This document shows, in pieces, positions 1 to 7,473 of a stretch of 64,000 bases of DNA (its first letter is position 1; the number at the start of each line of letters is the position of its first letter). The stretch comes from Clostridia bacterium (GTDB lineage Bacteria; Bacillota; Clostridia; UMGS1883), in assembly GCA_017505525.1 (NCBI GenBank), contig JAFVPB010000044.1, positions 12,662 through 76,661 of the forward strand. Direction: 5' to 3'. Both the position numbers and the translations under genes were made by a program. The notes beneath the pieces are model-generated. The model made no database searches and had not been told where the DNA came from. It saw only the letters and a program-made list of their open reading frames with translations.

Positions 1-839
1 GCATGGTCAATAAGAAGTTCTGCATTTACTCCAAAGAGCTTATATAGCTTATCCTCTCCGTATTCGGTAAGAGAAGCTCTTGCGATATCTCCCATTGTGC
101 AGAAGTTATTATCTTCCAGTTTTTTAGCATATCCCTTTCCCACTCGCCAGAAATCTGTAAGCGGAGTGTGATTCCAAAGTTCATTTCTGTAGGAAGCTTC
201 ATCAAGCTCTGCTATTCTCACTCCGTTTTCGTCTTCTTTTTTATGTTTTGCTACTATGTCCATAGCAATTTTTGCAAGATACATATTTGTTCCGATTCCT
301 GCCGTTGCAGTTACTCCCGTTTCATCCAGTATATTTTTTATTATTGTCATAGCAAGTTCGTGAGGTGTTTGTTTATACAGTTTTAAATAGCTTGTTATAT
401 CTATAAAAACCTCATCTATGGAATATACGTGTATATCTTCAGGGGCAATATATTTCAAATAAATATTATAGATTTTTGTGCTGTATTCTATATAATAAGC
501 CATTCTTGGCGGAGCAACAATATAGGATACTGCAAGACTTTTTGATTTAGTAAGTTCTTTAAAATCGTAGCTTTCTCCCTCAAGTTTTTTATTCGGAGTA
601 TTATATTCGCGTCTTTCATTTATTTCGTTAACTTTTTGTATCACTTCAAAAAGCCTTGGTCTTCCCGGTATCCCCATAGATTTAAGTGCCGGAGATACTG
701 CAAGGCATATTGTTTTCTCTGTGCGTGAGCTATCTGCAACAACAAGATTGGTGCTAAGAGGATCAAGGCCGCGTTCTATGCATTCTACCGAGGCATAAAA
801 AGATTTTAAATCTATGCAAAGATACATTCTGTTTTCCAT
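1..839 (-). CDS. Y-family (DinB/UmuC-like) DNA polymerase, N-terminal ~279 codons; C-terminus lies beyond window start
   Basis: Not in the ORF track because it runs off the window edge. Minus-strand translation from ATG at 837-839 reads MENRMYLCIDLKSFYASVEC...YSIDEVFIDITSY..., the Y-family N-terminal signature (D-x-x-SFYASVE, catalytic DE). RBS AAGAGGAGG lies 6-8 nt upstream. Confidence 0.75.
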   Translation of the reverse strand, partial: MENRMYLCIDLKSFYASVECIERGLDPLSTNLVVADSSRTEKTICLAVSPALKSMGIPGRPRLFEVIQKVNEINERREYNTPNKKLEGESYDFKELTKSKSLAVSYIVAPPRMAYYIEYSTKIYNIYLKYIAPEDIHVYSIDEVFIDITSYLKLYKQTPHELAMTIIKNILDETGVTATAGIGTNMYLAKIAMDIVAKHKKEDENGVRIAELDEASYRNELWNHTPLTDFWRVGKGYAKKLEDNNFCTMGDIARASLTEYGEDKLYKLFGVNAELLIDH

Positions 840-961
840 TTTACGCCTCCTCTTAATTTCTGTTTGCGATAGTGTATGCAAATGTTAAAATTGGCAAACA
901 AATCTTTTTTATTCTGGATCTTGAAATGAGTATACACAACATGAGCATACCCTGTATTTCT

Positions 962-1879
962 TTAAAAAATACTGAGTTCTAACTCTCTACTCAATATTTC
1001 TAACGCCTTAATTCCTGCACAACTATTCCCTTTGCTGTCTAATGCAGGCGAATAGATTCCTATTCCCATTCTATTTGGCACAACAGCCATTATTCCACCG
1101 CAAACACCGCTTTTCGCAGGTACACCCACAGTAATAGCAAATTCTCCGGAACCGTCATACATTCCGCAAGTCATTAACACTGCATTGATGTATGTTGCAT
1201 GCTTTTTGTCGAATAACTGCTCTCCCGTAATTGGATTCTCTCCTTTATTGGCCAAAATAAATGCTATTCTTGCCAAATCAACACATGTAACTTTTATGGA
1301 GCAAGCTCGAAAATAGCAATCAAGCACCTCCTCAGCGTCTTCATTGATAATCCCATAAGCCTTGAGCATATACGTAAGAGCCCTATTTTTGTTACCAGTA
1401 GCCTTTTCAGACATATAAACATCTTCGTCAAGATTAATATTGGAATTGCCTGCAAGTTTTCGGGTTAAATCCAATAGTCTTTGGAATTTTTCCCGATATG
1501 TTTCTCCGTCTATAAGCGTGCACAAAGCAATTGCTCCTGCATTTATCATTGGGTTGATATGCTCGCTCTTTAAATCCTGATCACTATAATTGAAAGCATC
1601 GAATGGTTTTCCCGTAGCTTCTACTCCAACAAGATTTCGAACTTCTGCTTCTCCTTTGTCTTCAAGTGCTCTAAGCAATATAATGGCCTTTACAATACTT
1701 TGCATTGTAAAACTCTTTTCATAATCTCCCACGCCATTTGTACCTTGATCAATAGAGATAGTACATATTCCAAACTCATTTGGATTAGCCTTTGCAAGTT
1801 CAGGAATATATGTAGCTACTTTGCCATTTTGTATATAAGGATAACATTCTCTTATGATGTTTTTTAATAATTTATCCAT
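962..1879 (-). CDS. glsA: glutaminase A
   Basis: 305 aa. Length and motifs (KVATYIPELA, serine-beta-lactamase-like fold motifs) are typical of GlsA. Confidence 0.85.
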   Translation of the reverse strand: MDKLLKNIIRECYPYIQNGKVATYIPELAKANPNEFGICTISIDQGTNGVGDYEKSFTMQSIVKAIILLRALEDKGEAEVRNLVGVEATGKPFDAFNYSDQDLKSEHINPMINAGAIALCTLIDGETYREKFQRLLDLTRKLAGNSNINLDEDVYMSEKATGNKNRALTYMLKAYGIINEDAEEVLDCYFRACSIKVTCVDLARIAFILANKGENPITGEQLFDKKHATYINAVLMTCGMYDGSGEFAITVGVPAKSGVCGGIMAVVPNRMGIGIYSPALDSKGNSCAGIKALEILSRELELSIF

Positions 1880-1920
1880 ATATGCTCCTCCCGTTTAGAT
1901 ATTATTCTATATGTTATTGC

Positions 1921-2100
1921 GACACATAAGGTTTAGATGCAAACCTTTCAAAGGCTTCTCCTCGAGGAGAGGCTCCGCCGCAGGCGGTGGTGAGGTGTAG
2001 ATTGCAAAAGTAATCATTATCTTTTCCACCTCATCCGAGTTGCTTCGCAACCCACCTTCCCCTCAAGGGGAAGGCTTTCTATTTTCGACATCTTTCAACA
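1921..2100. other. GC-rich run of short perfect palindromes (candidate structured RNA/leader between promoter module A and glsA)
   Basis: About 55% GC in a roughly 30% GC context. Consecutive perfect palindromes are ctcctcgaggag, ccgccgcaggcgg, ttgcttcgcaa, ccttcccctcaaggggaagg, cctttgaaagg and gtttgcatctaaac. On the plus strand the last hairpin is followed by ctttctatttt, which is terminator-like. On the minus strand the region lies between a TTGACA promoter module and the glsA start. Confidence 0.4.
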
Positions 2101-2124
2101 TATCCATATTACTCGTGTCAAGTC
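2084..2124 (-). promoter_or_regulatory. promoter/leader module copy A (TTGACA-N17-TGTTGAAAGATGTCGAAAAT), facing glsA
   Basis: The minus strand reads gacTTGACAcgagtaatatggatatgTTGAAaGaTGTCGAAaatag. It aligns with copies B and C (below) over the -35 hexamer and a direct repeat GTYGAA...GTCGAA spaced 10-11 nt. Confidence 0.45.
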
Positions 2125-2373
2125 AGGAGAACAGTGAATAATAAGAACCGTCACGAAATATAACGAAATCAAAGATTTCTATATTTCGGAGAACCTTGAT
2201 ACTCGCAAGCTCGTATTAGGACCTACTATTTCCCCCTTAATTTTTCACTGCATTTTTTCTAAACAAAATTCTTTAGAACCCGCGAGAATACTAGATTTTC
2301 TCGCTTCCGATGATATATGTAAATATAATAAATCGGCAAACTAATCTTTTAAATTGTGTGGACTTGACACGAG
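2112..2373. repeat. MITE-like element copy A (262 bp, 13-bp terminal inverted repeats CTCGTGTCAAGTC/GACTTGACACGAG) with ~74-bp internal hairpin insertion (2144-2217)
   Basis: Left end 2112-2124 and right end 2361-2373 are exact reverse complements. The interior is >90% identical to copy B except for an inserted segment (agaaccgtcacgaaatata...ctcgtatt) carrying its own 9-bp stem (cgaaatata/tatatttcg). Confidence 0.7.
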
Positions 2374-2413
2374 TTGAAACTTAACAAAAACAATCCTTGT
2401 GTCATGTCAACAA

Positions 2414-3370
2414 TTATTCACCTGCAATAACTTTCAAAATCTTACCATCTGATTTTCTAATAATTACAGACAAATCCCCGCCCGGAACAAGTTCTTTATA
2501 TCTGCTTACTATAAAACATTTCTCATCATATGTTTCATCAACTACAACAGTTGTTTTATCAATAAAATCAGCACCTTCAATTTGTAAAAAAACATCATCA
2601 GCTATAGCAATAGCCACCGCTTCACCTAACTGAAAATCTACACTTTCTCCTACCCAGCCTTCTTTTCCATAGTATCCTAATTCAAACGCATTATTTTGCA
2701 CACCTTTTTTCTGATCAGCAGTTGAATTATTTAAAGCATTATAAACTCTTAATATGGTTACAATCGCTTCTTCTACCGTGTAAGTATCTTTAGGTGCAAA
2801 CTTATTATTTCCTACGCCCTGCATAAACCCCAAATTACTTATTATCTGTATGGATGGTAAAGACCACTCTGCCATTTCATCAACATCATCATAGGAATAG
2901 TACATTTCCGTTGTAGGTAGCGGATGAACAATATTTATCATACGAACGATAATCGTTGCAGCTTCTTCTCGTGTTAGAGTTTCGTTTGGCGCAAATTCGG
3001 TTATAGATTTCCCCGCAACGATATTATGATTGTATAAATCATACACCGCATTATTAGTACAGTCATCAAAAGGTCGTTTTGCAAATGGTGCTATCGGTTG
3101 TGTTCCGCCTTTTGTCTCTTCATCATACCAATTTTCAAAATAATCAGTGGTTAATATTAAATTATATATCAATTCACAAAAAGTCTCACGCGAAATCGGT
3201 GCACTGTACAGATATGTTTCATCAACACTAATAAGACCTATTGCATCAGCAATTGAAATGCTGTTCACAGCCCAATCACTACAATCGTGCTCACTATTTG
3301 TATCTGCATAAACTACAAACGATGAGCAAATAAATGCTAAAGTGATAACCATTGCTAATATTTTTTTCAT
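2414..3370 (-). CDS. secreted protein with three N-terminal SLH (S-layer homology) repeats and a ~100-aa C-terminal domain of unknown function
   Basis: Signal peptide MKKILAMVITLAFICSSFVVYA. Three SLH-like repeats carry the W/F...G...(F)AP...I(T/S)REE(A/F) pattern (PISRETFCELIYN, TLTREEAATIIVRMIN, TYTVEEAIVTILRVYN). Confidence 0.7.
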   Translation of the reverse strand: MKKILAMVITLAFICSSFVVYADTNSEHDCSDWAVNSISIADAIGLISVDETYLYSAPISRETFCELIYNLILTTDYFENWYDEETKGGTQPIAPFAKRPFDDCTNNAVYDLYNHNIVAGKSITEFAPNETLTREEAATIIVRMINIVHPLPTTEMYYSYDDVDEMAEWSLPSIQIISNLGFMQGVGNNKFAPKDTYTVEEAIVTILRVYNALNNSTADQKKGVQNNAFELGYYGKEGWVGESVDFQLGEAVAIAIADDVFLQIEGADFIDKTTVVVDETYDEKCFIVSRYKELVPGGDLSVIIRKSDGKILKVIAGE

Positions 3371-3390
3371 AAAATATACCTTCTTTCTGC

Positions 3391-3433
3391 AGTATTCAGC
3401 ACCATTCGACAGGATTTTTACTCATGTCAAGTC
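3391..3433 (-). promoter_or_regulatory. promoter/leader module copy B facing the SLH gene
   Basis: The minus strand reads gacTTGACAtgagtaaaaatccTGTCGAATGGTGCTGAATACTgcagaaagaaggtatattttATG. The TTGACA lies inside the element-B terminal inverted repeat. The leader is homologous to copy C. Confidence 0.5.
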
Positions 3434-3606
3434 AGGAGAACAGTGAATAATAGGACCTACTATTTTTTTCCTTAATTTTTCACTGCTTTTTTCTGAACAA
3501 ATTTCTTTAGAACCCGCGAGAATACTGGATTTTCTCGCATCCGATAGTATATGTAAATATCAAAATCGGCAAACTAATCTTTTAAATTGTATTGACTTGA
3601 CACGAG
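3421..3606. repeat. MITE-like element copy B (186 bp, same 13-bp TIRs; CTCATGTCAAGTC ... GACTTGACACGAG)
   Basis: Near-identical to copy A minus the insertion. Internal 7-bp hairpin gcgagaa-N9-ttctcgc. No obvious target-site duplication. It lies between the SLH gene and the NDT-like gene. Confidence 0.7.
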
Positions 3607-3665
3607 AAAAACATATGAACTTGTAATCTTAGGATTTACCATGTTAATACAGCTTTTATAATCCA

Positions 3666-4574
3666 TTAGTTGTTTTCTGATACGCATCGTTCTGCAATTA
3701 TCGGTTCTATATCCTTAAACCCATTTTCAGATAACACATTTAGAAAATAGTTATAAATTCCTGGCACATCAAGTAGCCCTGACATTTTTATGTATATGTC
3801 AATCGTTTTTTCGATGAAATCAAATTTAACACTATCAACTGTTGCATCCGAATCAACCACTTCATGAACTTTTGAAAGCTGGCGTTGTAAAAATGGTCTA
3901 TTAGGTTTCTTTTCCGGTAATTCTGTAAATTTAAATGCCATCCGAGTAATTCGTGGTAACTCCTCTCGACTTTCCATAAACTGATGGTGAAAACGACGAT
4001 TTGAAATTGTTATTGCATCCTCAATGCGATTAAGTCTTTTTAAGATATATTCTAGTGGTTCTATACTTGACTCTGAATCTCTCTGCGCCTGTTGCAAAAT
4101 TGATGTGTCATGATTTAATTCTCCTAACACCTCATATATAGGTCCACTTTTTTTATCAAACGCTATTTCTTCTTCAGCCTTTTTAATGTCATCTCTTAAT
4201 TCTAGAACCCCTTTAGCATCGTTACAATAAAAAATAGTTCTTTGCATAATAATATCAGCAGGTAACGATGTCCCCTTTTCTGCGATCATAATTACTGGCA
4301 AACCAAGTGTATGACGAAAAGCTAGTTCGTACATAACATTAGGGTTTTTGTTAGTTAAGTTAGCTATAACCAACTCGTCTTGCGCTATCTCTGATATAAT
4401 TTGTTTTGTAATGGAACCAGGTTCGCTAATCTTATGCGATACAGAAATCTCATATTTAGATCCTAATGCTGGTACAATTGCAGCATCAATTATACCATCT
4501 ATATGCCTTCTTATTGGGTCTGCTTCATCTCCAATTGGCGTAATAATAAAACATCTTTTTTTATTTTCGCTCAT
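3666..4574 (-). CDS. cytoplasmic protein with N-terminal nucleoside 2-deoxyribosyltransferase-like (NDT/SLOG-type Rossmann) domain and ~170-aa helical C-terminal domain of unknown function
   Basis: 302 aa. The N-terminus CFIITPIGDE...DELVIANLT..NPNVMYELAFRHTLGLPVIMIAE matches the NDT-family pattern (beta1 with Gly, hydrophobic strand ending in (A/D)N, then the E-hGhA..hGhPVIhI catalytic-Glu segment). No signal peptide or TM segment. Product assignment is tentative. Confidence 0.45.
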   Translation of the reverse strand: MSENKKRCFIITPIGDEADPIRRHIDGIIDAAIVPALGSKYEISVSHKISEPGSITKQIISEIAQDELVIANLTNKNPNVMYELAFRHTLGLPVIMIAEKGTSLPADIIMQRTIFYCNDAKGVLELRDDIKKAEEEIAFDKKSGPIYEVLGELNHDTSILQQAQRDSESSIEPLEYILKRLNRIEDAITISNRRFHHQFMESREELPRITRMAFKFTELPEKKPNRPFLQRQLSKVHEVVDSDATVDSVKFDFIEKTIDIYIKMSGLLDVPGIYNYFLNVLSENGFKDIEPIIAERCVSENN

Positions 4575-4596
4575 GAAAATCTCCTCTTTTCTTTAG

Positions 4597-4640
4597 TAAT
4601 TCGACACCATTCAACATAATTCGACTTTTGTCAAGACAGG
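4597..4640 (-). promoter_or_regulatory. promoter/leader module copy C (solo TIR-like TTGACA + conserved leader) facing the NDT-like gene
   Basis: The minus strand reads cTTGACAaaagtcgaattaTGTTGAATGGTGTCGAATTACTaaagaaaagaggagattttcATG. The tgtcaagacagga segment resembles the element TIR tgtcaagtcagga. Confidence 0.5.
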
Positions 4641-4666
4641 ATTAAAAAATATTCTCTTTGCATATA

Positions 4667-5038
4667 TTACAATTTATTTCCGCATTTGGGGCAATAGTCG
4701 AACTCTTGTGTAGTTTGATATCCGCAAGTTTTACAAATTTTTACTGTTTCATATTCATTAACTATTGTTAAATCTGCATCGATAATAATAACGTCTTCCC
4801 CATTCTTTATCATTTTTCCTTTTTCTTTATCAAGAATAAAAATACTTTTGCAACAAGAAGACTGAGCATAATATTTTATATTCCATTTAAATATTGGTAT
4901 AAAAAATATACTCAGATACATATACGTCATAAAAACATTATATGTAGTATAGCTTCCGCAGTTTTTACAGATATTCATTCTTCCTGCATTTTGAATTAAT
5001 TCTTTATTTCCTTGTGATATTCCCATTATAAAAAACAT
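4667..5038 (-). CDS. small membrane-associated zinc-ribbon protein
   Basis: Two Cys pairs (CKNCGS...; CKTCG...CPKCGNKL) flank a hydrophobic segment. Last gene of the long minus-strand operon. Start may be an internal Met. Confidence 0.5.
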   Translation of the reverse strand: MFFIMGISQGNKELIQNAGRMNICKNCGSYTTYNVFMTYMYLSIFFIPIFKWNIKYYAQSSCCKSIFILDKEKGKMIKNGEDVIIIDADLTIVNEYETVKICKTCGYQTTQEFDYCPKCGNKL

Positions 5039-5040
5039 AA

Positions 5041-5265
5041 TTACTGCCTTTCAAATCTATATTCCTGCACAACATCAGGATACTTTTCTTTATCAACTTT
5101 TTCTAAAAACATATCAAGCGGTCTTATCCATAAGGATTCTTCCCCATACATTTGCCTGTAGACCACATAATCTTCGCCGGTTTCAGAATGTTTTGCAATA
5201 TTTTCGACTCTGTATAGATTACCTTTAAAGTGCTTATATATGGCGCCAATTTCAATTTTTCGCAT
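5041..5265 (-). CDS. DUF1653-like small protein
   Basis: 74 aa. GAIYKHFKGNLYRV...AKHSETGEDYVVYRQMYG...WIRPLDMF matches the DUF1653 pattern as I remember it. It lies 3 nt from the upstream gene. Confidence 0.55.
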   Translation of the reverse strand: MRKIEIGAIYKHFKGNLYRVENIAKHSETGEDYVVYRQMYGEESLWIRPLDMFLEKVDKEKYPDVVQEYRFERQ

Positions 5266-5281
5266 ATTAAAATACTCCTTA

Positions 5282-5968
5282 TTATTTAAAAAAACTTATT
5301 AAATATAAAACTCCCAGATGAAGAGGGTAGTAACTATAGAAAAAATATTTAAGATTGTATTTTCCTCTTGTTCCGTTGTATAAAAACAGTATTGGTAATG
5401 ACAATAGAGAAAAATACTGGACAAAGCTTCCCTGTGTGTTTAACGATAACAGAATGAGCATTATAGCTGTATTAACAATCTTTTTTTCTTTAGTTGGAGC
5501 AATATAAATTATAAATGGCATTATTATTCCTATAAATCCGTAATCAAAATAAATTTGATATATATCTAAAACATACACCATTATAAAAATAAGCAGCAAT
5601 ATTATAAAAAACTTAGGTTTTTCTTTTTTCTCTTCGTAAAATCTGGTGTAGGCACTGATAATTAATATTGAAAGAGAAAATGTTAAAAAGATATTTAAAT
5701 ACCAATCCCCTGTTGCAATTAAATAAACTGTCTGGCTTACAACTCCTACAAGAAAAACCTTCATAAAATATTTTTTTATATTTTTAGTGAAAAAACACCC
5801 TTCTGATATAGAATAGGCAAATATAGGAAAAGCAAGTCTTCCTATAATCCTGAAGGGTGTAAAATCGTTTAAAAGTATCAGACCAATATGGTCGATTGTC
5901 ATTGATATTATTGCTATGAGCTTAATTAAATTGTTGCTTAATCCTGATTTAAATGCATTCATAATCAT
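5282..5968 (-). CDS. TraX-family membrane protein
   Basis: NNLIKLIAIISMTIDHIGLIL is the TraX signature, and the protein is multi-pass hydrophobic. The start is taken at MIMNAF (5966-5968), which gives a TGATG overlap with the stop of the upstream J-domain gene; the longer track ORF (to 6013) is judged an artefact. Confidence 0.75.
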   Translation of the reverse strand: MIMNAFKSGLSNNLIKLIAIISMTIDHIGLILLNDFTPFRIIGRLAFPIFAYSISEGCFFTKNIKKYFMKVFLVGVVSQTVYLIATGDWYLNIFLTFSLSILIISAYTRFYEEKKEKPKFFIILLLIFIMVYVLDIYQIYFDYGFIGIIMPFIIYIAPTKEKKIVNTAIMLILLSLNTQGSFVQYFSLLSLPILFLYNGTRGKYNLKYFFYSYYPLHLGVLYLISFFK

Positions 5969-6639
5969 CAGCAGAACGGACAGCAAAGCCTGAAAAGACA
6001 AATTCCCCAGCAAAGCTTTTCAAGACCACTAATATCCATTCCATAACTTCTCCCTGTTTGAGTGTAGGTTTGGCCTGTTCGTGCCAAGAACATATAAACT
6101 TTTTGATATTCAGCATTGTTTGGCTCTATTCGTAAGGCTTGTTGAATCTGATTCAAAGCTGCTATAGTATTTCTTGTCCCATAGTTTGAAAGAGCGCTTA
6201 AATAGTACCATCGTGCATTTCTTTTAACACTATCTATGCGATTAAGTAAAATAAGAGCGTTCTGATAATTTTTCATATTAATTTCAGAAATAATCTTTAT
6301 TATTTCGGGGCTATCGTCTGGTAAAATATGCGGTGTTGACGGTATTTCCTGATAGAAATTCCCGAATATATCGTTGAAATCAAAACCACCATAAGAATAC
6401 CCCCTGTATCCCCCATACTGGCTGCTTTGCTGCTGTTGATATTGCTGCCTTGAATGTTTTTCAGGATTCATCAGCATATCATATGCTTCATTAACCTCGC
6501 TCATTTTTTCAGCTATACCGGGTTCATCAGGGTGCAAATCAGGATGATATTCTTTTGCTTTTTTTCTGTATGCTTTTTTTATTTCATCGGGTGTAGCTCC
6601 CGGAGAAATTCCAAGAACTTTATAAGGATCTGTTACCAT
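5968..6639 (-). CDS. J-domain (DnaJ-like) co-chaperone with Q/G/Y-rich linker and TPR-like C-terminal region
   Basis: DPYKVLGISPGATPDEIKKAYRKKAKEYHPDLHPDE...MSEVNEAYDML is a canonical J domain with an HPD motif. Start taken at MVTDPY (6639) with RBS AAAGGAAAG; the track ORF is extended upstream to 6693. Confidence 0.8.
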   Translation of the reverse strand: MVTDPYKVLGISPGATPDEIKKAYRKKAKEYHPDLHPDEPGIAEKMSEVNEAYDMLMNPEKHSRQQYQQQQSSQYGGYRGYSYGGFDFNDIFGNFYQEIPSTPHILPDDSPEIIKIISEINMKNYQNALILLNRIDSVKRNARWYYLSALSNYGTRNTIAALNQIQQALRIEPNNAEYQKVYMFLARTGQTYTQTGRSYGMDISGLEKLCWGICLFRLCCPFC

Positions 6640-7459
6640 TAATGGCTTTCCTTTCTTTTTTTGCTTTTGCTGAATTGTATTTTTGCCAAACACCAGAATA
6701 AATTGTATTTCTTAATATATTTTCATTTTGAACAAGCGGAAGCTTTTCAAATATTTCAGCGGCTTCACCTATTAGAACCTTTAATATATTTTCAATTTCA
6801 CTTTCAGATATATCTAAAGTAAGAAACGGATTATAGTTTCTTTTTTTTTGGTCTTTTTCTATATCAGCGGCTGCATCAATTAAATATATAAATTTTCCTA
6901 ACGAGTAACCAAAATTATAAACATCATTTTCCCAATTATCGCTTTTGCATCTGAATATTTCCCCAAGGATTTTGCCGAAACAATCGGAAGATTCATCGGG
7001 GGTACCATTTCTGTTTTCTATTGCCGACAAATCAGATATAAGACTTTCTATTTTAGATATTTTATCGGGATATTTTTCTTTCAGTAATTTAATTCTTGAC
7101 TTAATAAGCGATGAAAAAGAAAACATTAAAATATTTTTATCATCATGCCAGTCGTCAATACTTTTATAGTATGCTAAAACAATATTCATATCTGCAGCAT
7201 ATTCTATAAATTCGTTTTTTATATAAGATTGCGATTTTTTAGGATGAATAAGACATTTTTTATTTATTTGTTTCTGTTGTGGTTCGTAAAGCGAAGAGAG
7301 AAACAGCGCAAGAAACGTCATATCATAGTTTAAAGTTAATCTTGATAATCCACCGTTTGCTTCTCCGAGTGCTCGGCATATACCGCAATAAAACTGATTA
7401 TATGTGCTTTTATCTTCCGCACTTAATACATGAGGGTTAATTAAAACGTTTCCGAACAT
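6620..7459 (-). CDS. conserved hypothetical protein with N-terminal Y-C-G-I-C motif (possibly a DUF family co-occurring with J-domain proteins)
   Basis: 279 aa, no TM segment, and I recognise no catalytic motif. It is tightly packed between the zinc-ribbon gene and the J-domain gene. Confidence 0.55.
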   Translation of the reverse strand: MFGNVLINPHVLSAEDKSTYNQFYCGICRALGEANGGLSRLTLNYDMTFLALFLSSLYEPQQKQINKKCLIHPKKSQSYIKNEFIEYAADMNIVLAYYKSIDDWHDDKNILMFSFSSLIKSRIKLLKEKYPDKISKIESLISDLSAIENRNGTPDESSDCFGKILGEIFRCKSDNWENDVYNFGYSLGKFIYLIDAAADIEKDQKKRNYNPFLTLDISESEIENILKVLIGEAAEIFEKLPLVQNENILRNTIYSGVWQKYNSAKAKKERKAINGNRSL

Positions 7460-7473
7460 AACATCTTTCCTTT

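Noticed and set aside
168-386. 72-aa plus-strand ORF in the track
   Set aside because: It lies entirely inside and antisense to the Y-family polymerase coding region, has low complexity and no RBS. It is a typical shadow ORF.
1921-2100. RNase P RNA, SRP RNA, tmRNA, or a SAM/B12/glycine/ykkC/T-box riboswitch
   Set aside because: None of the family-defining conserved sequences are present: AGTCCGG and ACAGNRA-type P4 for RNase P, GGAAG...GCAGCC SRP domain IV, the B12 box GCCACTG, SAM kink-turn motifs, or the T-box AGGGTGGNACCGCG. Identity left open.
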